DNA of 64,000 nucleotides from Klebsormidium nitens (Eukaryota > Plantae > Klebsormidiophyceae), in assembly GCA_000708835.1 (NCBI GenBank), contig DF237082.1, forward strand, positions 1 through 64,000. The letters run 5' to 3'. The notes under the pieces were generated by a model, which saw only the letters and a list, made by a program, of their open reading frames with translations, had not been told where the DNA came from and ran no database searches. Shown one piece after another: positions 44,501-57,185 of this stretch. The translations under genes were made by a program, and so were the position numbers. Positions within the stretch are counted from its first letter, which is position 1, and each line of letters starts with the position of its first letter.

Positions 44501-47500
44501 ATCACGATCATCAAGCGCCGCATACGATTGAAACTTCTCTCTCTGCTCCTCGTCGCTCGCAGCCCCGCCCCTGCCCGAGGCGCACGGTCACCGTATCTTC
44601 GTGTTTGCGCTGGCCAGCTACTGCATCCGCAAAAGCGCGCACGTCGGCGCGCTCGTCGTGCTCTTCTTCGTCGGCATCTCCGCGCTCGACCTGCTGCACG
44701 CCATCTACAGTGAGCCGCCGTCTCTTTCGCACTGAGGATTTTGTCCGGATCCTTGTCTAGAGAACCGTTTCAAAGGCTTAACCAAGTCGAGCGGAGCAAA
44801 GCGGTCAGGGCATAGCCTTTGTTGAGGAGCGACTTCTCCCTCTCAGTAAAGAGGTTACTAGTCAAGGGTAGTTATTTTTCTCCACTATCAAGAGGCTGGC
44901 CTGAGATAGGTCTGCTGGGCATTGCCCTCTTCATCGTTCGATGCTCCTACTTTTGAAAAGACACTCGCTTCGTGAATCGCCATTCCCTCGTGTGTTACCT
45001 TCTACAGAATCAAACTCCAGGCAAACGTCGCGAATTGACTGATATAGACGTTGCGTATTCTTCAACCAGTATTTTGTTGTGGAGCAGCTGCTGACTAGGG
45101 CCCCTTCCTTCTCGCAGTGGTGTTCTTTTTGGTGTACCTGGTATTCCCGCGCAGCGCCAAGGTGCTCAGCATCTGGCTCGTGACCTACTGCGAGGTGCAC
45201 TTCGCCGTGCTGTACCTTTTCCGCCTCGCCTGGTTTCAGGGCCTGCGCACCGACGAGTGGCGGCCCATCCTAGACGTCATCGGTGAGCGGAGATGATTGT
45301 CATCTCGAGGATAAACTCGTCTTTACGTTTGGTGCTCTCTTGTATGCGAAGACCTGGGAAAGCGCATAAGCATTGACCTCGCGTGTCATCTAAGCTGGGC
45401 CGTGCTTTCTTTGAGCCTCGCACTATGTCCCTTCTTTCCCCCCTGTCCCCGCTCGCAGCTTTCTGGCAACTCTATGCAACTGATTGTTCTGCTTGGGAGT
45501 CTTGGATGGTTGAGCCTTGCTTTTTCCATCCCCTAAGTCGCAGCTCAGTTTCACCTTCTTCCAGACCGATCCACCCACATATGTTTACTCGTCGATCAAC
45601 CCACATATGTTTACTCGTCGACATTAATCGTGCCCTCGTCTCGAGGCCGTCATACGCCAGCTGGCTGACTTTCGCCCGAACGCTGATTTCTCCACTATTT
45701 CCCCCTTGCGCATCCCCAACTCTCTTGCTGTTCAACGCAGGTCTCTGGCGCCTTTCTGTGCTCAAGGACTTTGCCGGCGTGGCTGCTCTCCTCTGCTTCT
45801 CAGCCGTTCAGTACCACGGGGTCCGCAGCCTCAAGCAACTAGAAGGGGAAAACTTTCGCGACCGGATGGAGAGCCACTGGTCCACCGCCAAGCTAACCGA
45901 AATGGTTAGGACGGTTAACCGCGCCTATCGTCAATGGGGGATCTACATCGCTTATGTCACCGCGCTACTAGTCGTCTACACAGTTCCCCACAGCTTCGTC
46001 GGCTTCACGTATCTAGCCTTCCTCCTAACCTGGGTCATCGCTAACCACGCGGTTAACAACGTGCGGCACTCGCGGTTATGGGTCCCGTTCATGGTGTTCC
46101 TGGGAGTGGTCGGCGTGCTGCGCTACGTCTTCGGCGCGTTCCCGAGTTTGCTCGCTTACGTCATGCGGACGTTCGGGCTCTCCCGGGGGGTTATGCAAGA
46201 CATAGGGTTCGACACCGGCTCTGCCCCCCTGATCGAGAAGCTGTGGGACTGCGCCGTGCTGCTGTGCACGGTGCAAATGTACCGATACAACCGGTCGATA
46301 TCCGGCCTGGACGAGGACTCGGTAGAAGACCCCGGGGAAGAGCCCATCGAGCCAGTCTCCGGAATCCTCGCGTTCCTCAAGCGCCTGGTGATAATCCACG
46401 CCCATAAAGCGGTCGCGTTCGCCGTGTTTTACGCCGCTCTTTCCCCCGTCAGCCTAGTGGGGTTCGTGTACCTTCTCTTTCTAGTCGTCACGTGCCTCCT
46501 TCCCAAAACCTCCCAAACCCCGCCGCGAGTGTACATAATCTACACGGCCCTCCTAGCGGCCGCCGGATACCTTTTCCAAATCCTGGGGCACCATATCGCG
46601 GGCACGAGGTACGAGCGGCTTCTTGAGTGGATTGGGTTCGAGGTCTGGGGGGAGGGGTTCTACGCAACCGAAGCCGGTCTCCTTAGCAAAGTCCTAGTTC
46701 TTGCCGCCTCAGTACTGCAGCTAGTCAGCCTCGCGTGGCTCGACTCCCTTCCCCCCTCCTTGAAAGGAGACGCTAACGACGTAGAACCGTGCTCGCTCTT
46801 CGCTTCCCACGCCGCAAGTGCCGCCCCCTCCGCCCAAACCCCCCCCAGCCTGCGCCCGGTTAACCAACTAACCCCGATCCGAACCGCCCGGAGGTCGTCC
46901 GACACGAAGCTGCTACGGCGCGGGCGTCCGGAAACCGAGCCCCTGCTGGGGGATCCCCCAACCTCGGAGTCGGGTAAGCGTGCACCAGTCCCGCGAACGC
47001 CCCCTGAACCCAGTGAGACCGCGTCGTTCCAGGGGGTTGACGTGGCAGAGACTCCGACGCCCCCTCGGTTGAGCACAAGCAGCAGCGCGGGGGTGCGCGC
47101 GCTCAAGTGGGCGCGCCGGGCGCACCAGGCGCTGAAGCAGGAGCGCTACCAGGCGCAGCTGCGCAGTGTGAAGGTGCACCTCAAGCACTGCGCCGAGCAC
47201 TTCTTCCTCTTCCAGGGCCTGGAGCTCACCATGCTAGTCCTCCTGTTCGCGGCGTTTGCGGTGCTCAACGTATTCTCGCTGGTTTACGTGGCGATACTGG
47301 GGGCGTGCGTGGTTATGGAGAGGCGGAGTGTGCGGCGCGTGTGGCCGTATCTAGTGGGCTTGTTTGCCGGGATTCTGTTGGCGGAATATGCGATTCTGGG
47401 GGGTCTGCCCTGGGGCAACAACGGGGGGGAGAGGAGCTGTCACGGGTGCTGGGACTGCACGGAGGCGAATGACCGCCACTGCTGGATGTGCTGGCTAGGT

Positions 47501-50500
47501 GAGGGTACGATCTTGAGAATCCAGAGTATGCTCGATTCTTTGTTTGAAGAAATGACGGGACTGATTTTGTGGCGTGATGCCTTTGTAAAGAATCAGGCTG
47601 GAGAAGAGTGAGAAGAACACTTTCGGAGTGTCACTGAACCAGAACGTCATAAGAGTTTCTGAAGCCGACCGAACAAAAGCTACATGGCACAGTTCCCTCT
47701 TTTATGTTGCCGTTGAAGCTTCCTTCTTGCGCAGGAGTTAGGAGACCCATTACGATCCCTAAAGCCACTGTTTTCGTACAAGGCCTCGAGATTGGGCCTT
47801 TCCTCTGTTCCATTGATTACCATAACGTCTGATTCTCAACGAATCTTAGCCGTTCTCTGTCCTTGGGCGTGGAAACGTAGTTCAAATCGAAAAAAACTCT
47901 GTTGTGCTCGAGTTCGTCATCCTCCAGGTTCACTGCAATGTATGTACCTCGAAACCTCGCTCGCCCGCGCACTCATCACACAAACCTTCTGTCGAAACTT
48001 CGCTCGCCCATTCATCACACAAAACTTTCCTCCCACATTAGGCGCTGCCGCCGACGAGAAGCAGATGATTGCGGCCCACTTTTTGGTGTTCCTGCTGGCG
48101 GCCTATCAGCACCGTGTCCACGTGGCACTCGGAGACACGCCCGCAGGGCGCTACCGTCCAGTGCCCATCTCTGCGGCGATGAAGGACGCGTGGCGGCCCA
48201 TGACGTACGACAGCGTTAACCAGTGGACGTGGCTCGACCACGTGCGCTTCTGGTTCTACAGGTAACCGGCACCGCTCCTGGTGTACCCAATGTCGCTCTC
48301 GGACATTTCTTCGATACGGTGATTGCCGTCTGCTTCGAGAAAATCTGCCTGATCCTGAAAAAAGACGGACGGAGGAAACTCGCCTTTAAGGCTCAGCACG
48401 TTGCTTGTCAAAGCTCGTTTCGCAGGAGTCGAGTGACGCTTGTAGGATGATGTCGAACCTTTGTTTTTGTGTCCACACCATTTTGGTGGCAAGCAACCCC
48501 GTTTTATAGCTTCCGGAGGCAGCAGAAAATGAGTAGTCTTGTCCGTCAAATCCATTTTCCGTAAAAACTCGAACCCCTCCCATGGATCATGACGGCAGCG
48601 ACGTTCCTTGTCACTTCCCTGTTCACATCCCGACGGTGTCAAACATTCCGCAGGCACCTGCTGCTGCTCGTCTTGACACTCGTCTTCGCGACGGGGTCCC
48701 TCAACTACGACCTGCTCCACTTCGGCTACCTCGCCTTCTCGCTCGTCTTCTTCCGCATACGCAGCCAGATCATGGACAAGGGGAACGCCATCCTCAACTT
48801 TTTGCGCCTGTACAACTTCCTGCTTATCATCGCATCGCTTATCTACCAAGCGCCCGCGTTTGAGTACAAAACAGCGCGCTCGTGCAGCCTGCCGTACGAC
48901 ATCTGGAACATCATTGGGCTGTACAAGTACGAGTATGGTGAGGAGCAGGCGACGGCTCTGGCGAAGTGACTTCTCTTGAATCTCTGGTTGGTGTTATGAG
49001 ATTTGAAGTCTGGAGTCGGGGATACGTGACACTGGTTTTGAGTTGAGTAGATTGGGTAGCTTTTTCCACGCTAACTGTCAACTAGGCATAAAATAAAGAC
49101 CGACCGTTCAGGACGGCGTTCTAGATGGAGGAGAATGCGTTGCCCCTACTTTGTTTGTCCCCGGGAAACAACTGTGGCCGGCTAGTAGTCCGTTCTGGAC
49201 AAAGTGACCGGGCGGCCTTTGATAAGTCTTCACTTTTCATCTGCAAAGGCAAAGCAAAGCCGACTGTTTCTTGGGCTTCAAGACATTTGAGCTAGCAAAC
49301 ATTCAACATGAAGGCAATCCCTGGTATTCCCCAACCACTCTAAGGTTTTAGTCCGAAGTCCTTTTCTGTGCCCGCAGGCGTGACAATGAGCGCACAGGGC
49401 GCCCTGGTGGACATGATTATCTTCTCCGCGGTCGCCCTTCAATCTTGGGTCTTCACCACCCCCGAGCACGCCCAGGTGCGCCAGTATCTAGAGGCGGAAG
49501 AGATGTACGCGCGTGCGCAGGCGCACGAGCGGCGCGCGGACTGGAAGAAGCAGGAGCTCCAGCGGATCCAACGGACGGAGGAGGTGAAGCGGAACCGGCG
49601 GGCGCAGGTCAACAAGATGAAGAAAGACATCGTGCAGATGAAAACGCGGTTAGACTTCCTTAACAGCGCGGTTACGCCGTCCCCGCAGCCGTCGTTTGAG
49701 CTGCAAGAACAGCGGGTCGAGGGGAGACCGGCCTCGCGAAAGCTGGACTTTGCTTCCGAAACCCCCCCTCGGGAGCCCAGCTTAGCAACCCCCCCGGGGA
49801 GGCGCCCCGAGGGGTTGGCTCTGCAAAGACGGACTCGGAGTATGGAGAGCGTGCTAGGAACAGACGGGGGGTCGTCTAAGGAAGCGTTCGGCAGTCCGGA
49901 AATAGAACCTGAGGCCCTGTATGCGGAACCTACGGTCCCGGCGCGGTTAGGCAACGGACGCATGTCGCAGCTTGACAGGGCCACGTCGGACTCGGAGGTC
50001 GCCCGGCGGAACGTCCGGCTGCTTGCCGGGATGCACTTTCTGGGCGACGGGATCACGCAGGTGCAGACTTTGGGAAATCGCGCGCTCGCGAATCTGGTAG
50101 ACTATCTCAAACTAGATGAGGAACAAGACGAGGCGGAAGGGGAGCTGTTTGGCGCGGTGCCGATCGTTCACGCGGTTGACGCCGAGGACCCGGTTCTAAA
50201 CGAGAGCCCCCGACAGCGCGAGGAGAAGCCGAGCGAGAAACCGGCCCCCGCGCTGCGGCGGTCCGGCAGCTGGCCGCGCTCCGTGGGGGAGGAACCGGGG
50301 CGGAAAAAGGGGGAGGGCGGCAGCGTTGGGGACTCGATGCGGCAGCTGGGGATCATCGCGGGCTACGTGGCGCGGCTGCTGCGCGCCAACACCCACGTGG
50401 TCTGCTACGCGCTTTTCGTCGTCGTGTTCGTGTGGAACTTCAGCCTGCTGACGTCAGCATACGGCGCGGCGCTGTTCGGGTACGTGCTGCTCGCGAGCCC

Positions 50501-53500
50501 GGGGCCGGGGGGGGTGTTCTGGCTCGGGGTGCTCATTTACACCGAGTTCAACATCCTGGTCCAGTACACGTACCAGATCCCCGTCAGCAACAGCTGCAAG
50601 ATCGTCGACCCCGCGAGCGGGTGGGCCAAGCTCATCGAATACTGCGGCATCCGAAGTTACCAAAACTCGTTCTTCCTGAGCGTGCTCCCGCTCTTCCTCG
50701 TCTATCTCGCCACTCTAGTTCACAGCTCGCTGACGAAACGTGACGGGGAGTGGACGCTCGTCAGCGGGGATACGATCTTCGGGTCCCGCAAGCGAACCTC
50801 GCGAGACATTGAAACCGGGTCGAGTTTCGGGTCGGGCCTAACCGGGTTCGCAACCTGGACCGGCTCCCTGCTGCACCGCTTCCGGATGTTCTGGCAGGGG
50901 ATCGTTTCCGGTTGCGAAGCACCCCCCCATTTCGTCTTACTCACGATGCGCGTGAGTAAGTGGCCGGAGGGGGGAATCCAGCCCGAGAGCATCGAGGCCG
51001 GGATGAACCGGCTGCTGGCGGCCGTTCACACTGAGGGCGCGCGCTTCGGGCCCCGCCGTGTAAATACCCCCTCCGGGGGATCCCTCGTCCGCGTCGAGAG
51101 CATCGACCAGTCCCCCGACCGCCCAAACGAAGCCGTGGCTGTTCTCGAAGTCCTCCACGTGGCAGCGCCTCGCAAGCCCGGCAGCAAGGAGACGCTGACG
51201 CCCGCCGCTGACGTGGCAGCGGAGGTGCAGAGAATGCGCGAGGAGAAGCGCGAGCAGGTGTGCGGCTTTCCGTACCCGATCGAGTCGGTGGTGGCGGGGG
51301 GGCGGCGAGAGGTTGACCTATACGCATATGTTTTCTTCGCGGATATGCTGAGTTTCTTCTTCGTGGCGCTGTTCTACCAGTCGGCGGTGGGCGCGCACAA
51401 GTCGATCTTTGCGGCGGCTTACGAGCAGGATCAGTTCCCCAAGGAGTTCGTCTACGTGCTTCTGGTGAGTGCACTTGTTTCTGAGAGTGTCAAATCGTCG
51501 GTTTTCTATTTGTCTGACAGTGCTTGGTCGTTTGCTGCTTCAAGGTGACACGGCTTGCACTAGGAAAGACAGTGCGGAACTTTTTGAGGAAGGGTTAGTC
51601 AGCCAAATGGACGTGCTAGCTAATGCTGCGAGTAGAAGCTGAGAGGAAAGAGACGGAGCCTCTGGACTCATAATCCCTCCTGGAGCACTCCTGGACACCG
51701 AACTGGTTCATGCACTATACATTTCTGATTTCGGCTCCCCATTGGATTCTACTCAAACGTTGTATCTTTTACCAACTCGAGTCGCTTCTCCGTGCCTCTG
51801 GGTAAGAGTCTATAGTCGCTCTTTTGCTCAGACGCTCTTCAGCCTGATGGCCATCGACCGCATCCTGTACCTGTGCTCCTTTGCGCGCGCCAAGCTGGTC
51901 TACTACTTCGCGTCGCTCCTCCTCTTCACCGGCTACACCGTCCGTCTCTTCTGGAACCCGCGACTCGTCGACGGGCGTATGACGTTCCAGCTCTTCTTTC
52001 TGTTGCGCGCACTTTCTCTCGGCCTCACGGCGACCCAGATCAAGTACGGCCCGCCGCGGGACTCCGCGCATGGGCAGTTCCTCATGCGGCGGGTGGACTA
52101 TCTGCACTCGGTCGGGTTTACCATCTACCGGTAAGTACTACTTGCGAGAATAGGAGTCGGGTTCGGTTGTAGTAAAAGGATCAGAGTTCAAGCTGCCATA
52201 GAAGCGGCAATATGCAGAAATAGGGCATGGGTGAGAAACAGGTAGCAGCAGGGTTCCAACAATAGTTGCCTGCATGCGTACACCGACACTTCAACGCTAA
52301 TCAAATGCAGAGGAACGAACTGTTGTTTTGAAAATCCACTACTACGATAAAGTTACGGCATGCGACTTCACTCTCCAAGTTTGTCCGTATCTTGTTGTGT
52401 TGACCAACTTCCCACAGATCCAACCATCTAACAAGCAACCTCTCATGAATTCGACCACCCAATGACACACCTCTCATTAACCTAACCAGCCAACGAGTAC
52501 CTCCTATAAAGCTAACCAGCCAGAAAGCAACCTCCCTTATGTCAAACCAGCCAAATAATAACCTCCCCTAACCGTAAACAGCCTCTGTTACTCGCCAGGG
52601 TGCTGCCGTTCGTCTACGAGCTGCGGACGGTCCTCGACTGGTCGTGCGCCAACACTGCGCTGATGCTCTACGACTGGCTCAAAATGGAGGACATCTACGC
52701 GAGCTTGTACACGGTCACGTGCGACCTGAAATTGAACCGGGAGCGGCACAAGCTGGGCAGCCGTCAAGAGTTCGCCTACAAGTTCTGGTCGGGGTTTGTG
52801 GTGTTCCTCGCGCTGTGCACCACCATTTGGGCGCCCATGTGAGCGGTTCCCGCACCCTCACTGAAGACGATTTTCATGAAAGATACTGGTAGGCCAGGAA
52901 TTCATCAGCCCCGACAAGCACCAGCATGGCAAATGCGGAGACTCACCCGCCCTGCTGGCCTACCCACCCTCCCTCTCAAAGTGACCCTATCCGTTCCACT
53001 TCGAATACCTGAAGTGTTGTTTTAGCTTACTGCTACCTTTCTGACGATCGGACTCCTATCACTGATTCTCATCTTCGCTTAGTGCTACCTTTCCAGAGAT
53101 CGACTTCCTGAAGTCCCATGTGCTTGCAAATCACCAGGTCCGCGGGATCCAACCAGCCCGACATCTATTTCATGCGTTCCTGTTCCTTGAACCAGATCCG
53201 TTTCGTCAGCACTTGATCGTTGGTCTTTGATAGAAGGAGTTGGCACCTGCAGCACAGGGCTTTCTGCTGCACTCGATTCTATTCTTGTCCTTCCTGTCCG
53301 GAAAATTCACGTACTAGACTCCTCCTGTACGGCGCAGTTTTACGGTACGCGCGACAGAGCGACGTAGATTTGTCGATGCATCCCTGTGCTGCTATTAATG
53401 CCGCATCGAAAAAGTCCGGTCTTTTTCAATCGACGAAAAAGCTAAAGTCGCCTGCAGCCTTCCGTTGTGAGCTGGTTTTCTCGGCTTACAATCTTCTCGG

Positions 53501-56237
53501 GCCTTAAGGTTACAGCATCAATTTGAAACTAAGCAAGTACCGCTTCCCCCTGCCAATGGCAAAAGTCTGTATCAGCAACGAAACCGAAATCCTTCACGAT
53601 CTTCTCAGAATGCTTTCCATCCGGTCGCAGGGTGCTATTCAGCACGGGCAATCCGACCAACTACTACAACCCCATTCAGGACGTCCGTATGGCCGTGTAT
53701 CTAGACACCCAGGAGGGCACGTTCCCCGTGTATGAGGCCGGGGCGCGCCGGCGCATCGAGTTCTACAAGCCCGCGGAGGACGCGTTTTTGCAGCCGTTTG
53801 ATGTGCACGAAATTCAGCTCGTGTGCTGCTTCTCGGACGCGGATGCCATCTGGCAGGTGAGAAAGGGTTCGGGCTCAAACCCTGGAATATCAAACTTTCA
53901 AATTTGAGATCTGTTTCAGCTTTGGAAAGTTGGCAAAATTCTTGTTTGCAAACCGCGCGTATGAATTCTGGCTATTGAGGTTTAGGCTGTGCGTTAGAGT
54001 GGAGTAGTGAGCGACTCGTGGGTTCTAGATCTGAGCATATGAATCCTGGATCCATGATTATGGTAACACGTTATACAGTCTTGGAGTTCGACTTTCCTTT
54101 CGAGAAATCACGGTTTCCGCTTTTCGGTCCTGGGCTCTTGAGCTCTTGCAGCTTTCGGCAACGGGTGCTCAATTGAAGACCTTGAGTTCCAAGTCGTTGT
54201 TTGGTTTAAGGGAGTTCATTTGGTTCTTAGGGGAGTTCATCTGGGAAAAACCACCGAGGGCGGGATTGTGCCTCAGAGTTGCCGGCCGAGGTTTAGGGAC
54301 CGAGAATATAGAGCTTAGGGAACAGCATGTGGCTTTCAACGGTGCCATCTTACTCTCACTCGTCCGCCAAGTCATACGCAAGCGTGGCAGACACTCCCAG
54401 CCGTACGCTCTGAACTCACCAAACCCCCTCCCCGTATCCACGCTCAGGTGCCCCCTCCGACACAGCGCAGCCTGGTCAAGATTCTCGCGCAGCCCGCCCA
54501 GCTGCGCACCGTTTGGACATTCACCCGCGCGCGTCCGCTGGAAAACGCAGTCGTGGCGAACGGAACGGACTACTCCCGGGAGAGCCCGCAAGAGGTCGCC
54601 GACATGCTCTCCCGCGTGCTCAACGGAACGGCGGATGCCGCCGGATTTCCGCACCTGTACCCGAAGTACTTCCGGCTCCCCGGGCTCGGCCCGCCGCGCG
54701 CGCTCGAGGGCACGCAGGTGCTGACGTCGTACTCGTTTGAGGATGCCGGCGTGCTCGCGTCTGCATGATTGTGCTGACATCACGCCTATCAGAACCAGTG
54801 TCTGCTCCTCCGGTGATCAGTAAATTTCGAAGTCGGTCATGTATTACACGGACGCATCACAAATTGCAACAATTACAGTTTTTGACGGTGATTTTTTAGG
54901 GTCCCACCATCTAGCATCAGGAAAGGACTGGCGTATCGTCTCCGTACTCGAAGATTACTGATCAGTCTTTAGATCATTCAGACTTGGGAACGAGCCAACT
55001 CTCTCGCCGCAGGGCTGACAGATCGCGGGCACCAATCTGATGCATCGGCGCTCGTCATGCGACTCTATACAAACAGGCGTCGATACGCAAATCTTTGCCG
55101 AGATTGACACCAGCCGACATTCCTGTTGCCGCAGGACATATTTTTGCGCGCCCCTCTTTGCATTACCGTCAACGAACGCTTACCAAGCATCCCATCTCCG
55201 GAAGGGGTAGGTATTGAACTCGAAAAAAGGGATACTAAGACTGAACAGAAGAGTTGCTGTCGCAGGATGTGTTTGTGGGCGGCAACCTGACGTTCCACGG
55301 CGGCCCCACTCCCTGGTGGTCCTTCGAGCGCTTTCCGGCGGAGGACGACACCGACCGGGACGACTGCCGCCACGAGGGGGGCCCGATGGCCGTCGCTGTC
55401 TCGGAAGAAGTGCCCGGTACGAAACAGACCAGCTCAATACCCTTGCTAACTGGAGTGAGCATGGTTTGTTTGGTCGCGTTCCACCATTCTTGTGAGCAAT
55501 GACTGTCGTTGGAACAAATTTTGCTTCCCAGGGATGGCGAGTGTAATTCTTGAAGTTCTCACCCAGTTAGCTTTCCTCCGTAGCCTGCTTCTTTCAAAGC
55601 CGCGGGACTCTAGGGATATAGTGATCAACCTCAAAAGTTAACCGTTGGTTTTGCAGGCGGCTTCATTGGCACCACGCTGTCCAAGTTCGGCCTGGCAGGC
55701 TTGTACATTACGTTTGTGTTGGGCGTTCATCGGTTAGTCCGGCTGCAGTCGTCCGACTTGAGGATGAGGATCCCGTACGAAAACTTCCCGTCATGTGACA
55801 GGTGGGTCGACCTTCGCCGCCCACTTAAAGTTTCGAATATGCGCTGTCTACGAAGGTGTCTGAAGCAATCTGGGCATGTGTGAAGTTGGTAATGCGAAGA
55901 CGTTGGCAAGCCGCCCTGCTCGTAAATCCTCCTTCGATTACCACTGGATGCGACTTGAGCTTCTCTTAATGCGAGGGCCGTTTCCATGCCAGTAGAATCA
56001 TGGCCAGATGCGAGGGCTGTTTCCATCTAAACAGAATCATGGCCGAGTATCCTTTCATTTCTGATGAAAGAAGCGGCCATGCTTCCGTGCAGGTTGGTTG
56101 CGATCTGCGAAGATATATATGCAGCTCGGGCTGAGGGCGAGTTGGAGTTGGAAGAAGGATTGTTTTGGACGTTGATAAAGATATATCGATCGCCTCACAT
56201 TCTTATGGAGTACACGAAAGCCGATAAGGTGGATTGA
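38545..56237 (+). CDS. PIEZO: PIEZO mechanosensitive ion channel
   Basis: Many GT-AG exons encoding multi-pass membrane segments. First exons 38545-38602, 38908-38988, 39416-39581; large exons 45741-47498 and 49378-51464. PFEW motif RVLPFVYELRTVLDW (52599 onward), GNPTN, and pore/C-terminal GLYITFVL...DLRMRIPYENFPSCDRLVAICEDIYAARAEGELELEEGLFWTLIKIYRSPH (55657-55801, 56093-56237). Some internal exon edges were not individually verified. Confidence 0.95.
45573..45621. repeat. Intronic 23-bp direct duplication (period 26) in PIEZO
   Basis: ACCCACATATGTTTACTCGTCGA at 45573 and 45599, identical. Confidence 0.9.
52422..52583. repeat. Degenerate minisatellite of about 30-31 bp, 5-6 units, in a PIEZO intron
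   Basis: Recurring AACCAGCCA....ACCTC(C/T) units at 52422, 52453, 52484, 52514, 52545 and a partial unit at 52577. Confidence 0.7.
55969..56044. repeat. Intronic 37-bp tandem duplication (period 39) in the last PIEZO intron
   Basis: 55969-56005 vs 56008-56044, 31/37 identical. Confidence 0.85.
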
Positions 56238-57185
56238 ATTCAGCTGTCACTACCTGACCGTTACTGACATCTTTTTGACAACCTGTTCCTATCATTGGTC
56301 AAACTCTTTGAAGCACTCGACGAGCTGCTGTCCGTCCCTCATTCAGTGCGTTCACACCGTCTAGATCTGATTCGATTCGATGAGGTGCATGTAGCTAGAC
56401 GGGCCTACGTTGGTGATTCGAAACCGGCAATCATCAGATGCTGATATGCTTGCCTAAATCTAAGTTTCAAGTGCGTCAACAAGGGAATCATGGTATGATG
56501 GTATGGCATTTGTGCCGTATGTCATGACTCTCGAGTTCATTTCAGTGAATGTCATACACAGTCCCTGCATTGAATACGGCTGGCCGGTGGGCTGCACGGT
56601 TGTAGATGCAGATGGCCAGGTTTACGATAGCAACGACACAAACAAGCTTTCCCTAAGTCAAGGCTGCGAGCCTAGGTATGGCTGCCCTGCTCATGCTGTC
56701 ATGCTGCTACAAAAGATGATGATCTCGGAGTGCTGGTGCAGCCGCCATTCACTGATGTGCAAGCTCATTTGAATGACATCAGGGCCAGTACCTATGATGC
56801 TACTGTCTTACCAGTAGGTAGCAGCAATCATCTGCAATGCAGCGGTAGGGCCCTGTTATCGAAACGGTACAAGCCCAGTAGTTAGGCCACTAGGCTACCA
56901 GTACCTCTGTCGTAATTGAATAGAAAGACCACAACACGTAATGCACTGTATGACGTTCGATGCTTCAGTCATGCTAGCATGGACGGCTCCGATTGGCTCA
57001 TCGACAGTGGCAACTGTCGAACAGTGGAGAGTCCATCGTCTCTCGCGTGCATAATTGCCTTGGATTGTGTTGGAAGAATTTTGCAATTCTGTGATCTTTT
57101 TGGATAGGCAAGCAACATTCTTGCTGGGTCCGTTCTCTTTGAATCTGCATTTCAGGACCGCCATTGTTGCTGCCAGAGATCCGCC

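Noticed and set aside
46076-51474. Many 100-200 aa antisense and alternate-frame ORFs over PIEZO (also over pol/YR, the RR and the C2 gene)
   Set aside because: Expected shadows of GC-rich coding exons with few off-frame stops; no recognisable domains.
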